From positions 2,720,001 through 2,784,000 of the forward strand of contig CM000154.2 of NCBI GenBank assembly GCA_000004695.1: a stretch of 64,000 nt of DNA, given 5' to 3'. A program made the translations under genes and the position numbers. Origin of the DNA: Dictyostelium discoideum. Taxonomy: Eukaryota. Each line of letters begins with the position of its first letter. Positions within the stretch are counted from its first letter, which is position 1. Under the pieces are notes generated by a model that did not search any database, was not told the origin of the DNA, and was given only the letters and a program-made list of their open reading frames with translations. This document shows, one piece after another, positions 49,433 through 63,089 of this stretch.

Positions 49433-49700
49433 GGATGGACTATCATAAGCGTGAGATTTTCACTTTAACCATTACAACTATATATATAATCGACATTGTT
49501 TATACATATCAGTAAACCAAACTTTACTTTCCTCTTCTACTACTACCACTACTACTACTATTACTTCTGGACGGACTATCGTTTAGCGTGAGATTTATCA
49601 CTTCAACCATTACAACTATATATATATAATCAACATTGTTTATACATATTAGTAAACCAAACTTTATACTACTTCTACTATTACTATTATTACTACTTCT
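49433..49700 (+). repeat. Tandem duplication of a 132-136-bp non-coding unit inside a GC-richer (about 35%) unique block 49260..50040
   Basis: Unit 1 (49433..49568) and unit 2 (49569..49700) are about 85% identical: gga(t/c)ggactatc(ataa/gttta)gcgtgagatt(t)tcac(t)t(t/c)aaccattacaactatatatataatc(g/a)acattgtttatacata(tc/tt)agtaaaccaaacttta...tactacttct. No ORF of any length is present, and the composition is unlike flanking intergenic DNA. Confidence 0.6.
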
Positions 49701-50382
49701 AATGAACACCACGATGGATACCAGTTCATTATGTTTGCAACTTTAAAATCATTATAATAAGATTCAACATTGAATATCTTAATACGACTACTTAAGGAGA
49801 CTTTCGCATTACTATTATTTCTACTAGTGATACGCAAACATAGACATCTATTTGCGCTCTGCAGTGATAACCGACACCGCCACTTAGTATTGTAATAAAC
49901 CTTTATATCCATGAATTCTATTAATCTATGGTGATGGTTTGCACATCATACTATCGTGGTTTTATTATAACTCTTTTGATGTATGATTTAGTTTAAATAT
50001 TGTTTACACACATTGTCAACAAGTATTAACCTAACATCTATTGCTATTTTTTTTTTTTTTTTTATGATTATTAAATTTTAAAACTATATCTTGTTTAACA
50101 ATTATTTTAAATGACATAATTTTATTTGTTTGCGAATTATGAATTCATATTCATAATTTCATCCCCTCATTAAAATTTATGACGATCAGCCAACCATTAA
50201 AACGAGCAGGTACTGATTAAATAATTATATCAAAGGATAGATAGTGATACAATTAAATAATTTGAGTAATGATGATACTTTACGAAAGAAAAAAAATAAT
50301 AATGGTAATTTTCTTTTTTTTTTTTTTTTTTAACAAGCAAATATTAACTATGATATCTATTATGTATGGGCATACTCTTAGA

Positions 50383-50536
50383 ATAATAATGATTAACAAT
50401 TAAACAATAATAATTAAAATAATAATTAATTTATTTAGTTTTTAATATTTTAGAGTTTTCGTTCGAAACTTTTAGGTCCAAAATAACGAAAACTCGAAAA
50501 TTATAAAAACTGAAAAAAATGAAAAAAAATAAAGTT
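50383..50536 (+). mobile_element. TRE3-like retrotransposon 3'-terminal fragment (copy B, 5'-truncated)
   Basis: ...aataataatgattaacaattaaacaataataattaaaataataattaatttatttagtttttaatattttagagttttcgttcgaaacttttaggtccaaaataacgaaaactcgaaaattataaaaactgaaaaaaatgaaaaaaaataaag is inverted relative to copy A 1.3 kb away. No tRNA gene is visible within 150 bp of its 3' end. Confidence 0.4.
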
Positions 50537-51369
50537 AGTTTTGATTTATTCTTATATCTTATTTTTATTAATTTAATTCCTATATTTTTTAAAATAATAA
50601 AAAGTTTCATTTAATATATATATATTTTTTTTTTTATAAAATTTATTATTTTTTATCTTATTTTTTAGGGATTACTTATATTTTAATAAAATATGTTGAA
50701 TATTATAAAATTTTCCAATTTATAATTTCTTTTATTATTTTTTAAACATCTTATTTTTAAAACCTTAATTAAAAAAATTTATAACCTTCTTATATATTAT
50801 CTCATTTTTTTAGTATTTAATATAATAATAAAATATGTTAAAAATTATCTTATGTTTCAATTTTTAATATATTTTATTATTTTTTTATTATTATTATTTA
50901 TCTTATTTTTTAATATATTTTATTAAAAAATAATAAAGGTTTCATTTTTTCTAAATAATCTTATTTTTTTATATCCTATTTTCTAATAATTATTTTAATT
51001 ATTTTTAAAAAAAAAATAACCCCGAATTAAAAAAATTTAAAAATTCTAATATATTTTCTTATTTTTTAGTATTAATTAAATTTTAATAAAAAATGCTATT
51101 TTTTTTTTTATAATAAGTTTCATTTTTTTATAAATTTTATAAATATTATTTTTTTTATTTTTTTGTTATTATTAATCTTATTTTTTAATAATTTTTATTA
51201 ATTTATAAAATAGCATTACAAACTTTTATTAAAATTTAATTTAATTAATTATATTTTAACATTTTACTAGGTTTTTTTTTTCTGGTGAAAATAAAAAAAG
51301 ATTTAGAAAAAAGTTTGGACAAAAAAGATGTTTTAATCAAAAGTAATAATACAATTCAGAATTCGAAAC

Positions 51370-51394
<25 letters not shown>

Positions 51395-51400
<6 letters not shown>

Positions 51401-51750
51401 CTAACCCCTCTTTTAGAGACCCTGTAAAAAAAAAAAAAAAAAAAAAAACTAAAAATAAAATGAGATCTAGCATCTCAAGGAGAAGCAACTAATAATTGAG
51501 TTATCCAATTCAAAAAAAAAATATGCAAATATAAGATAATAAAAAAATGAATTGAATTTCTAATCTTAATCTAAAAAAAATACAAAATATAAACTTAATT
51601 TTTTTTCAAAAAAACCAATTTTTAGATTAAAAAATTTAAACTATAATCATTCACATTATTACAAAAAAAGTGTAAACAAATTCACATAATAATTGGAATA
51701 ATGCAAAAAACTTTTTTTTTTAATTATTAATAAAAAAAAATAAAGTACTT
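51395..51750 (+). repeat. Second, diverged copy of the retroelement 3'-UTR-like module seen at 11801..12079
   Basis: agtaaactaacccctcttttagagaccctgtaaa...ctaaaaataaaatgagatctagcatctcaaggagaagcaact matches aggaaactaaccctctttcagaggccctgtaaa...aataaaatgagatcaaggagatgcaact. Both copies end within 100 bp of the stop codon of a minus-strand gene. Confidence 0.4.
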
Positions 51751-51755
51751 TATTT

Positions 51756-52199
51756 TTATAGAATCAAGGAAATAATAAAGAAGACAAAGGCAGAGAACAA
51801 AACCATTGGCTTTAAAGAGTTTGATGAGCTAGCTCCGTCAATTGGAGGATCAGCATAAACTGAAAATTCAACACCACTTATTGTGTAAGGATTACATATT
51901 CCGATGTAAGCTGTTTTAGATGTAAGAGTAGCCATACCACAACCAATTGAGGCAGATACGATATATGAAGAATTTAAAGAATTGATGTTTGGACTGACGG
52001 TAATGTATGGGAGGGCATAGTTACAAGTTGCTTCTTTTGATAAAACTGTACATTGATTAACATTGATGGAAATATCTGTATATTCAGGATTGGAGCAACT
52101 TCTACCGCAAAAGATTCTTGCATTGATATGTTGGACTGTGATAGCACTTGAAAGACCCAAAATAGAAATTAAAATTAAAAGAATTGCTAAAAATTTCAT
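51756..52199 (-). CDS. Ponticulin-like small secreted, probably GPI-anchored, protein (147 aa)
   Basis: Track ORF. It has an N-terminal signal peptide MKFLAILLILISILGLSSA, six Cys and a Ser-rich stretch (DGASSSNS) followed by a C-terminal hydrophobic tail MVLFSAFVFFIISLIL, typical of a GPI-attachment signal. The size and architecture match the Dictyostelium ponticulin-like family. The family assignment comes from architecture only. Confidence 0.45.
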   Translation of the reverse strand: MKFLAILLILISILGLSSAITVQHINARIFCGRSCSNPEYTDISINVNQCTVLSKEATCNYALPYITVSPNINSLNSSYIVSASIGCGMATLTSKTAYIGICNPYTISGVEFSVYADPPIDGASSSNSLKPMVLFSAFVFFIISLIL

Positions 52200-53147
52200 T
52201 TTATTTTTTTTATTTGTTTTTATTAACTTATTTAAATATATTTATTTGAATTTAAAAAAAAAAAAAGAGAAAATTAAAAAAAAAATTGTAAGAAAAATAA
52301 ATAGCAAGGAAAAAAAAAAAAAAAAAAAAATAAAGAGAAAAAAAAAAGGAAAAAAAAAAAAAAAAAATTAATTTTTATTCCTATTTTTCCCTCATTTTCT
52401 GGGATTATTTTTTAAAAATTGGGAAAAAAAAAATCACATTCCAAAAAAAAACATCAAACCTAAAAAAAAAAAAGATATTTTTAATTTTTTTTTTTTTTTT
52501 CAAAAACTATTTTTTTTGGATTTTTTTTTTTATTATCCCAATTTGCGACTTTTGCTTAATTAATAATTCAAGTAATTGATTTTTTTTTTTATACCTAAAC
52601 ATTATCGTTGTAACTTTTATATTTTATTTCCTTTTTTATTTTATCTTTTAAAATTTAATTAAATTTTTTTTTTTTTTTTTTTCAAACCAATTTTGGTGCC
52701 AAAAAAAAAAAAAAAATAATCAAAAAAAATTAAATTTTTCCATACGAAAAAAAAAAAAAAAAAGGAAAAAATTAAGTTTTTCCTCTTAAAAAAATAAACT
52801 TTGTTTCAACCAATTATAGAATCATTATTATTTTAGGTTCATCAGGTACTTTGAAATCAGAAAGAGGATTTTCTTTATTTTTTAAGTTAACTTAATCAAT
52901 ACCCGCATTAGGTATGCAACGGTCGTTTCAAAAAAATTTAAAATAAATTAAAAAACATTTCAACCTTTTGGCATATCCAATAGTTTAAATTTTTATCGAT
53001 ATTTCCTTTTTGAGAATTTGGGCAACAGTGTGAAACTTTAAACCAAAATTTTAAAAAACTAAACAAATGCAGATTATATTTATTATTGATTTATTTTCAT
53101 TCAAAAGCAGTTGTATTTTTTTAGGGTAATATATAATCCTTATTCAA

Positions 53148-53188
<41 letters not shown>

Positions 53189-53420
53189 TCTTTAAAATTC
53201 CATAAATAATATTTATTTTATAATATTGAAAAAAATGTAATTATTTTTTTAAGTATTTTTATAATTTCCTAAACCATAATTTTTTATAATTTTGGCATAA
53301 AAAAAAAAAAAAAAACAATAGCATATTACAAATCCAAGTGCCACATAAAAATTTTCATTTTTTTTTTTTTTTTTTTAATTTTTTTTTTTTTCACTGTTCA
53401 ATTATAACACAAAGATTATC

Positions 53421-54944
<1,524 letters not shown>

Positions 54945-55036
54945 TTTTAAAATAATATAAAATAAAATTTAAATAAATTATTACTATTATTATATTATTA
55001 TTATTACTTTTTTTTTTTTTTTAAATTTTATTTATT

Positions 55037-55076
<40 letters not shown>

Positions 55077-55104
55077 TTGTTTAAATTTGAGGGTTTTTTT
55101 GGAT

Positions 55105-57239
55105 TTATTTTTTTTGTTTTTTTGAAGCTTGTTGTTGTTTTTGTTGTGATTTTTTAACTAATGGAGCTGGTTTCTTTGGTTGTGGTGCAACTTTAACATT
55201 ACCATTTACATCTTTACCAGATTCAACTTTATTTCTCTTTTCTAAAAGTGTTTGATTAGCAGTAGCTCTTTGTTGATTAGTTTCTTTAACTTTATTATAA
55301 ATCCATTTATCTTTCTTTCTAATCATTAACTCAGCTAATTTAGTATCTTCTTCAGCTTGTTTTTGTTTATTTAATTCATCTCTTTGTTTCTTTGTGAGAA
55401 CTGGTTTAGCAACTTGTTCTGATTCTGATTCTGATTCTGATTCTTCTTCACCATCTTCTTCTTCTTCTTCTTCTTCGCCATCTTCTTCACCATCTTCCTC
55501 TTCTTCATCATCATCATCAACTTCTGAAGATTTTCTCTTTTTACTTTGTTCTTTTCTAAGTTCTTCAGTGTAACGAGTTTCAAGATGTTCAAGATCTTCA
55601 TCATCTTCATCATCAGATTCACCATCAGAGTCAACTTGTTTACGATTATCATTATCATTATCATTATCATCATCTTGTTCAGCGTTGGTATTGATTTTGG
55701 CATCAGCAAATTCTTTTGAATTGATTAAAGCATCGAGAGCTTGTTTACGAGCTGGAATGTAAGAGTCTTCTTCATACTCTACAAATGGTGAAAGATGAGC
55801 AGGTGGGATAACACCAATGGTATATTCAGAGTATGGAAGGAGGAGTTTACTATTGACTGAATCGAAAACCCATTGTGGTTGAATGTATTCTCTAGTGTTG
55901 TGAACTTTTACGGAATTTGATCTATCGACGATTTGATGAGTGATTGATTGATTAACCTCTTTAACTTTATCACCACTACCTGGGAAAGAAACTCTACCAC
56001 CAAATGAAAGAATTACAAACTCTAACATATGACGTGGTACTTCACGAGAAATATAGAAATGGAAACCTTTAAACAATGTTGTAACATCCATAATCTTTGG
56101 AATATTATCAGATTCATTACCAACCAAATCTTCGAAATCCTTTGAAATACCACTTGAATTAACTTGTAACATATTTGTATCCTCTTCAACGATTTGTTCT
56201 TTAATTTCTTTTTCTTCTTTTGAATTGATTTTTGAGATTTTCTCCTCTAATTTCTTTAATTTTGGATCAACTGGTGTGGTGGCAGCAGCGGCAGCAGTAG
56301 TAGATTTAGATTTCTTAGTTGTGTTGTTGGTTTTAGTTTGTTGTTGTGGTTTTGATTCGAAAATATTAATTAATGAATCACATTTTCTTAATTTTGCATC
56401 ATCAATTGTTGGTGGATAAGTTAAACCGATTGAAGTGAAAAGACGATAGTTTACAAATTTCATAAGGGCTTGATAAAATTCTAAAAAGCTAATCATTACA
56501 CCATAATCTACTTCTTTCTCTTTCTTTGAGAGATAGTTGAGTGGTGTAATCCAAGTGATGGTTTCACCCATAACATCGGCTTGGTAATAGACACCCTTGA
56601 CAGAGACAAACACTTTTCTTAATGATTTACTTTGAATGATGTAATATTGGAATTCACGTGCTAATCTTTCACATGCTAAAATTTGATTTTCACGAACTTT
56701 TGCTGATGCATCCATGTTGGCGAATAAATGAATCAATGATAAACAATCATCTAAATCCTTTAATGCATCTTGGAAGGTTGGATAACGCTCTTTAATAATA
56801 TGATCCAATGTAATCATTGGTCTATTCTCCTTCAAATTCTTTAATGCTCCAAATTGTTTCTTATTAATTAATTTCTTTTCTCTATCTTTAAATACTTTTC
56901 TTGCTCTAATAATCTCCAAAACTTTTTCATTTTGTAAATACTTAATATCTTTTGAATAATAATATGTCTTATGTTTTCCTTTAAATTTCTTTTTTGGATC
57001 TCTTGGGTGAATACCTTTAAGAATACATAATTTTCTATAGTTTTTTAATAATAATAAAAATAAATTAATAAATTAATAAAAAAACCAATAAACATATTAA
57101 TTAATAAAATAATAAAATAATAAATAATTTACCTAAAAATTTTTAAAGAGATTTGTAATTTCTTAACTGCTTCATTTCTAGTGATAAACTTTAAATTTTC
57201 ACCCTTTTCTCCTTTTTTGAATTTTTTAATACCACCCAT
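55105..57239 (-). CDS. Pescadillo homolog (ribosome biogenesis, BRCT domain); complement(join(55105..57034,57133..57239)), 678 aa
   Basis: Exon 1 is MGGIKKFKKGEKGENLKFITRNEAVKKLQISLKIF-AG|GTAAAT. Exon 2 follows CTATAG| with A-KLCILKGIHPRDPKKKFKGKHKTYYYSKDIKYLQNEKVLEIIRARKVF... (track ORF 55105..56919 extended 5'). It aligns throughout with PES1: [29 protein letters not shown]..., LDHIIKERYPTF.DALKDLDDCLS, FYISREVPR...SFGG (BRCT), ...IQPQWVFDSVN, and an acidic C-terminal tail. Confidence 0.85.
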
Positions 57240-57691
57240 TTTAATTTAATATTTGGTTGTATTTTTGTGTTTTTGTAATTTTTTAAAAAAATAAATATAA
57301 AAAAAATATTAATTATCTAAATAATTATCTAAATATTTATATAAATATAAAGATGAATTACGACGACACAAAAAAAAAAAATAATAAAAAATAAAAAAAA
57401 AAAAAAGATTCGTTTTTTTTTTTATAAATTTTTTTTCGTTTTTTTGAAAAAAAAAAAGTTTTTTATTTTTTAATTTTTATTTTTTTTTATTTTTATTTTT
57501 ATTTTTATTTTTATTTTTATTTTTATTAATTTTAATTATTTCCAAATTTTATTTTTTTGGATTGATCGAGAAAAAAAAAAAAAAAAAAAAAAAGAGTTTA
57601 TTTTTAGATTTGATTAAAATGGAAAATAAAAAATATTATTTTTATTTTTATTTTATTTTATTTTTTTTTTTTATTATTTTTTTACTATTTT

Positions 57692-57789
57692 TGGGTCAGA
57701 TGATGTAGTTAAAGATTGACATATCTATTATGCTAACGTAAAAATTCGATTTGATGATTCATACTTTGTTCTTGGATGATCATCCATTT
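57692..57789 (-). ncRNA. Candidate box C/D snoRNA-like element (weak)
   Basis: The minus strand reads aaaUGG-AUGAUCA...(about 75 nt)...CAUCAU-CUGA-CCCA. It has a D box CUGA, a 3-bp terminal stem UGG/CCA and an imperfect C box (GGAUGA). The C-box region is part of a perfect 12-bp palindrome GGATGATCATCC, so a protein-binding-site interpretation is equally possible. Confidence 0.2.
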
Positions 57790-58817
57790 ATGTTTTTTTT
57801 TTTTTTTTTTTTTTTTGTTGTGTTTATTTAATCTAAAAAAATAAAATAAAAAAATCAATTGGACAAGTCCCCTTATTTTTATTTATTTATTTTTTTAATT
57901 TAAATTAAATTCTTCATCTGTAATATAACGACATATAATGTGTTTCTATCTCTACATAATTCTAATACCTTGTCTAATTCAACACCTTAGCAATCTTTAT
58001 TGCTTCTATATAATTACACCTGAAATCATCCCAACTGATTTTATCTTTGTCTTCTTTACCATCATTTATCTCTTTTAACAGGTAATGTTCTAAATAATAT
58101 TGACATACTGCTACTAAATATACTTGTTCACCAATAAGTGCTGCATCTTGTATTAATTGTATCACTATTAAAACTTTCTTTGGGATTACTTACTCGAGTA
58201 CATTAACGTTTGCATTTGTTTTTCTAACTGTTCAATAGCGTATGAAAGAAAATAAGGAAAGTGAATTTTAAAAAAAAATTTGAATTAAAAATAAAAAAAA
58301 ATATAAAATAAAATAAAATAAAAAAATATTAAATAAAAAATAAATAAAATAAAAAATTTAATTTGATAAAAATAGAATTTCAAAATATTATTTATTTTTA
58401 ATTAAATTATTTATTTTTTTTTAATTAATTTTTTCTTATTTTGTTTAGTTCATCATTCAAGATCAGTTTCAAATCCAGTTTTTAAACTATCCTTTTGGTA
58501 TTACTATATCGTGTGATAAAATTATAAATAAATTAATATATTTTAAAAAAAAAGAAATAAATTAAAAAAACTTCAAGTGGAATTTACTATTTTTTTAAAT
58601 TACCAATAAAAATAATACCATCCCTAGTGTGTATTTTCATAGTTTTGGAATTTAATTTAAATAAATTTTTATTTTTTTTTTATTTTTTTTATTTTTTTTA
58701 TTTTTTATTTTAATTTAACTTGTTTGACTTCAAATTTAATTTTTCAATTTTTTTTTTATTTATTTTATTTTTTTTTTATTTTTTTTTTTTTTCATTTATT
58801 TTTTTTTTTTTTTTTCA

Positions 58818-59470
58818 ATGATAAACTGTTGTAGAATTGGTTCAAGGTTATTTAACACAAAAAATAAAATAATCCTTGGAACTTCTTTTAATAAATCAAT
58901 ATTAATTCCAACTATAAATAATAATAGTTATAATAATAAATTTATTTTTAATATTAAAAGAGATTATACAGTAAATAATAAAATGTCAGAAAGTGGTGCA
59001 AAAGCAGGCGCCACTGAAGAAAATGTAAGTATATAAATCTACATTTTTAATATAGATATTTTATGATATTAATATCATATTCCATTTCTTATTATTAATT
59101 ATAAAAGAATAGAATTGACCCAAAGGACACACTATTTGCAAAATTTGTTTCAGGTCAAATCCAAGTACCAAAAGTTTACGAGGATGAATATTGTATTGCA
59201 ATCAATGATATTAACCCACAAGCACCAGTACATATTTTAGTTATCCCAAAACTTGCCGTTGGTGGTGTTAGTGATGTTGCCAATGTTGATCTTGAAAAAT
59301 ACAAAGAAGCCATGGGTCATATCATGTCAAAAATTCATCATATCGCTTCTCTTAAAGGTGCTGATTCTTACAGATTGGTCATTAATGATGGTGTTTTAGG
59401 TCAACAATCTGTTAGATGGTTACATATTCATATCCTTGGTGGTAGACAAATGAATTGGCCACCAGGCTAA
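58818..59470 (+). CDS. HIT-family protein (HINT-like histidine triad nucleotide-binding protein), copy 1, with about 55-aa N-terminal extension; join(58818..59024,59108..59470)
   Basis: Exon 1 is MINCCRIGSRLFNTKNKIILGTSFNKSILIPTINNNSYNNKFIFNIKRDYTVNNK-MSESGAKAGATEEN|GTAAGT. Exon 2 follows AAAAG| with NRIDPKDTLFAKFVSGQIQVPKVYEDEYCIAINDINPQAPVHILVIPK...GADSYRLVINDGVLGQQSVRWLHIHILGGRQMNWPPG*. It carries the histidine triad HIHILGG and a C-terminus matching HINT1 ...HLHVLGGRQMHWPPG. The basic, hydroxylated N-extension resembles a mitochondrial presequence; this is an inference. Confidence 0.8.
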
Positions 59471-59633
59471 TTTCAATTTTCAAAGAAAAAAATAAAAAAA
59501 AAAAAATAAAAAAAAAAAAGGAATATAAAGTATTGCCAACTGAAATGAACACAAATTAAAACCATTAATAAACATAATTTTATTTTAATAAATCACACTA
59601 ATTAAATGACTTTTGCAATTCAAAATTTACCTT

Positions 59634-60110
59634 TTATTTTTTAAGTGATATTTTAGATATTTTTAAGGATTCTCCATTTGAAATGATTTCAATCCAAATC
59701 CCATCATCTTTTTCTTTTGATTTATAATTAAAATCATCTTCTGCAAAATGCTTTAATTTATTGTAGAAACCTATATTGGAACCAACTTCATCTCTTACTA
59801 GTAGCAATAAAGAAAACTTACTATTGGAACGTGTATAATAAAAAATATATCCTTTAGATAGATCATCTTTAACGGTTTTCATTTGAGATGGATTATTTAT
59901 CATTTTTCCTATAACATCATAGTACATATGGGATCCCGTATTTTTTGCCTGCAAAGCAAGGGTTTTTTCATTATACTTAATTACAAAATCACAACCATGT
60001 ATTTTTTCGTAGGCCTTGCCTATTTTTTCTACCACCACACCATCAACTCTTGACAAAGCAAGTGCTAAAAATCGGTAATACTTTCTTCATTTGGAAAACT
60101 TACTTCATTT
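59634..60110 (-). CDS. Hypothetical protein, partner gene of the HIT cassette, copy 1 (track ORF 59634..60056 plus 5' open frame); N-terminus frame-disrupted relative to copy 2
   Basis: The protein ...PNEESITDFLALALSRVDGVVVEKIGKAYEKIHGCDFVIKYNEKTLALQAK... is paralogous to copy 2 (MENFKINIGKLKSTGLEIDFPKEESITNFLALALQRFIEAKVQKVCKHFEAINGCDFIIYYKGKKLGLQAK...). In copy 1 the homologous start (ATGGACCAATTTAAAGAAAAT.., MDQFKENIKKQTKSK) is in a different frame and hits TGA. No splice rescues it. Confidence 0.4.
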
Positions 60111-60234
60111 GCTTTTTGTTTGCTTTTTTATATTTTCTTTAAATTGGTCCATTTGTTCAAAAAATTCTAAAATATAATCATTTTTGAAACAATATTTAAA
60201 TCTTCGTAAGAAAACCTAGTCGATATATAATATT

Positions 60235-60270
<36 letters not shown>

Positions 60271-60626
60271 TATTAATTTGACAAGTTACCTATTTTCTTC
60301 TTTATTTTTTTTTTCCATTTTTTTATTATTTGTTTTTTAATTTTTATAAAAAAAAAAAAACAGAAAGAGTGATCAGAAAAAAAAAATCAAAATATTTTTT
60401 ACGTCGTCCCCAAAAAAAAAGTCAAAAAAAATCAAATGCATTTTTTTTACAATACCCCAACAATTCCAACTTTTTTTTTTTTTTAAGCGCATTTTAATAC
60501 AAATAAATAATAAAAATAATTTAATAAAAATATATATTAATAAGTCACAACTACAAATTTAAAATGATTAATAATCTCTTATTATCTTTTGGAATTGATA
60601 AAAAACCAAAAAAACAATGGATAAAT

Positions 60627-60765
<139 letters not shown>

Positions 60766-60777
60766 TTATTATTGTAT

Positions 60778-61632
60778 TTAAAAATTATTGCAAATATTAG
60801 AGTTATCATTATCAATGTCCATTTCAGTATTTATGGGTTTTATTTGGAGATCTTTTTCTGTGGTGATTGTTGAAGTGGTTGCAGTAATAGTTGTTTCATT
60901 AATATTTCCGTTATAATTATTATTACCATTGTTATTTTCGCTATTTCTGCAATTAATATCATCACTACTAATATCATCATTACAAACCATCTTTGATTTT
61001 TTAAAAAGACTTTGACTAATTATATCATCGTCGTCCTCATTATCATCCCTATCATTATCATCACCTTGTTGACTAGGTATTGCTCTTTTTACATTAAATT
61101 TATTTTGTTGTTGTTGTTGTTGTTTTTGTTTTTGTTGTTGTTGTTGTTGTTGATGATTTATGATATTAGGACTAATTATTTTATTATCCATATTTGCAGC
61201 TATATTATTTTTATTATTATTATTATTACTATTATTATTATTATTATTATTAATATTATCGTTTTCATTGATATATTCTAGTAAAGCTTTCTTTATTGAA
61301 TTAAAAACGGAAAGAAGTTGATCTTCCAAGAAATTAATTTTTTCATTCATCTTCATCATTGTTTCATGCATTTTTGTAAGTTTATCATTTCCAAAGCTTA
61401 ATGGTACAATTTCATTTTTATCCTCAACAATAATATTATTATTTCCACCAACACCATAACTAAAAATAAAAAAAGAAATAAAAAAAACATTAGTTAACCT
61501 TTTATAAAAAAAAAAAAAAAAAAATCTTATAAAATACTTACTATGTTATTGAACCAATATCAATAACGAAATGATTTAAGATTTTGAATTTTTGTGATGT
61601 TTTGTTGAATTTCCTTCCTAATGGCGAATTAC
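60778..61632 (-). CDS. 3' two exons of a multi-exon gene: complement(join(60778..61459,61633-about 61915..61632)); Asn/Gln/Asp-rich protein with a CxxC...HxC zinc-knuckle-like segment
   Basis: The terminal exon is the track ORF 60778..61371 extended 5' to the acceptor TTTTTAG| at 61460. The upstream exon ...FEVKQFDHLWISHRHQHQEAQQDSNEQQIEEHQFNEIPTLEEVINSILIFSCLSCKTPIGDSTLIVNKSHECDMYMTLTNTFVMKKLGGSVML ends TT|GTAATT at 61632 (phase 2). The splice gives ...VML-F-YGVGGNNNIIVEDKNEIVPLSFGNDKLTKMHETMMK... The start codon was not found and lies further upstream, at or beyond 61915. SCLSCKTPIGDS...SHEC loosely resembles Yippee/Mis18-type motifs (weak). Confidence 0.4.
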
Positions 61633-63055
61633 AATAACATTACAGATCCTCCAAGTTTTTTCATTACAAAGGTGTTTGTTAATGTCATATACATATCACA
61701 CTCGTGAGATTTATTAACGATTAATGTTGAATCACCAATTGGTGTTTTACAAGATAAGCAACTAAATATTAAAATAGAATTTATAACTTCTTCCAATGTA
61801 GGTATTTCATTAAACTGATGCTCTTCTATTTGTTGTTCATTACTATCTTGTTGTGCCTCTTGATGTTGATGACGATGCGAAATCCAAAGATGGTCAAATT
61901 GCTTTACTTCAAATTGAAATCAATACCAAAGATAACAAATGTAATACTTTACAAACTGAAACCAATATATTATTGAAAGAGATCAAAACTTCAACATGAA
62001 TTCAATGCTGCTGCTAATCAAGATCAAAATGGTATGACCATTGAAGAACAATCCTCTACCTCTACTACTACCACCACTTGTGCCACTGGTTCATCATCAT
62101 CAACTTCACATTTGGATAATATTGACTCTAGTAAACTTCCAACTGGTCCAGAACAATCTGAATTATTTAATCCAGATACTATATCCTTCTCTTTATTTGA
62201 TTCAAATCAAGAGTTTATTAAACTATCAGTTCATGGTGATATGGTTCCAAATCTGGTTTCTCTTTCCCAGATGGTATTCAACCATTCAAAGGTATCAAAT
62301 CTGTCACCGTTTGGATAACCGGTCGTCCAAGACCTCATGTAATAATTCTATTCTTGCTCCTAATTTAATCAAATTTTTTATTTCTTTGTCATGATTTATT
62401 ATATTTTCTTCTGTGTCATTCTTTTCTATTTTTGTTTTTTCTAACTGTTGTTTTAACTCTGATTCTGTATATTCACTCATTGATAGTATCACTTTTTTTC
62501 AAAAATTATGAGAGAAATGAGGTGAAATCACAAATTTGTAATTTGTTAAATTAAAAAAATAAAATTAAATCTCAAAATAAAAAAAAAAATTTATGAAGCA
62601 GAGTGAGGAAATATTAAAATGGGTCAGGATCTTGGGTGTTTTTATATGGTAAAAAAAAAAAAAACCACTTTTTTTAATTTTAAAAAATTAATTTGTAAAT
62701 TGAAAAAATTCCTCACTCTTCGGGTTAATAAATAAAAAAAAAAATTAAAATTAATAAATAAAAAAAAATTAAAATTAATTTTAATTTGGCAAATTACAAA
62801 TTTAATTTTTCAATTTTTTTTTTTTTTTAAATCTTTTTTTTTTTTAAACCTTTTTTTTTTAAACCTTTTTTTTTTATTTTTTTTCATTTATTTTTTAAAT
62901 ATTTTTTTTTAATTATAAACTGTTGTAGAATTGGTTCAAGATTATTTAACACAAAAAATAAAATAATCCTTGCAACTTCATTTAATAAACCAATATTATT
63001 TCCAACTATAAATAATAATAATTTCATTTTTAATATTAAAAGAGATTATACAGTA

Positions 63056-63088
<33 letters not shown>

Positions 63089-63089
<1 letters not shown>

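Noticed and set aside
57974-58165. 63-aa minus-strand ORF (MIQLIQDAALIGEQVYLVAVCQYYLEHYLLKEINDGKEDKDKISWDDFRCNYIEAIKIAKVLN)
   Set aside because: It may be the last exon of a small gene (an upstream ...SYAIEQLEKQMQTLMYSSK segment is in frame apart from a 29-nt GTAAGT..TAG element too short to be an intron). There is no start or domain support, so it is left uncalled.
62034-62492. Track ORFs 62034..62318(+), 62041..62394(+) and a 59-codon minus-strand ORF (MSEYTESELKQQLEK...LSKR)
   Set aside because: They are short, mutually overlapping and without recognisable domains or splice context. They may be UTR or antisense noise of the neighbouring multi-exon gene. Not called.
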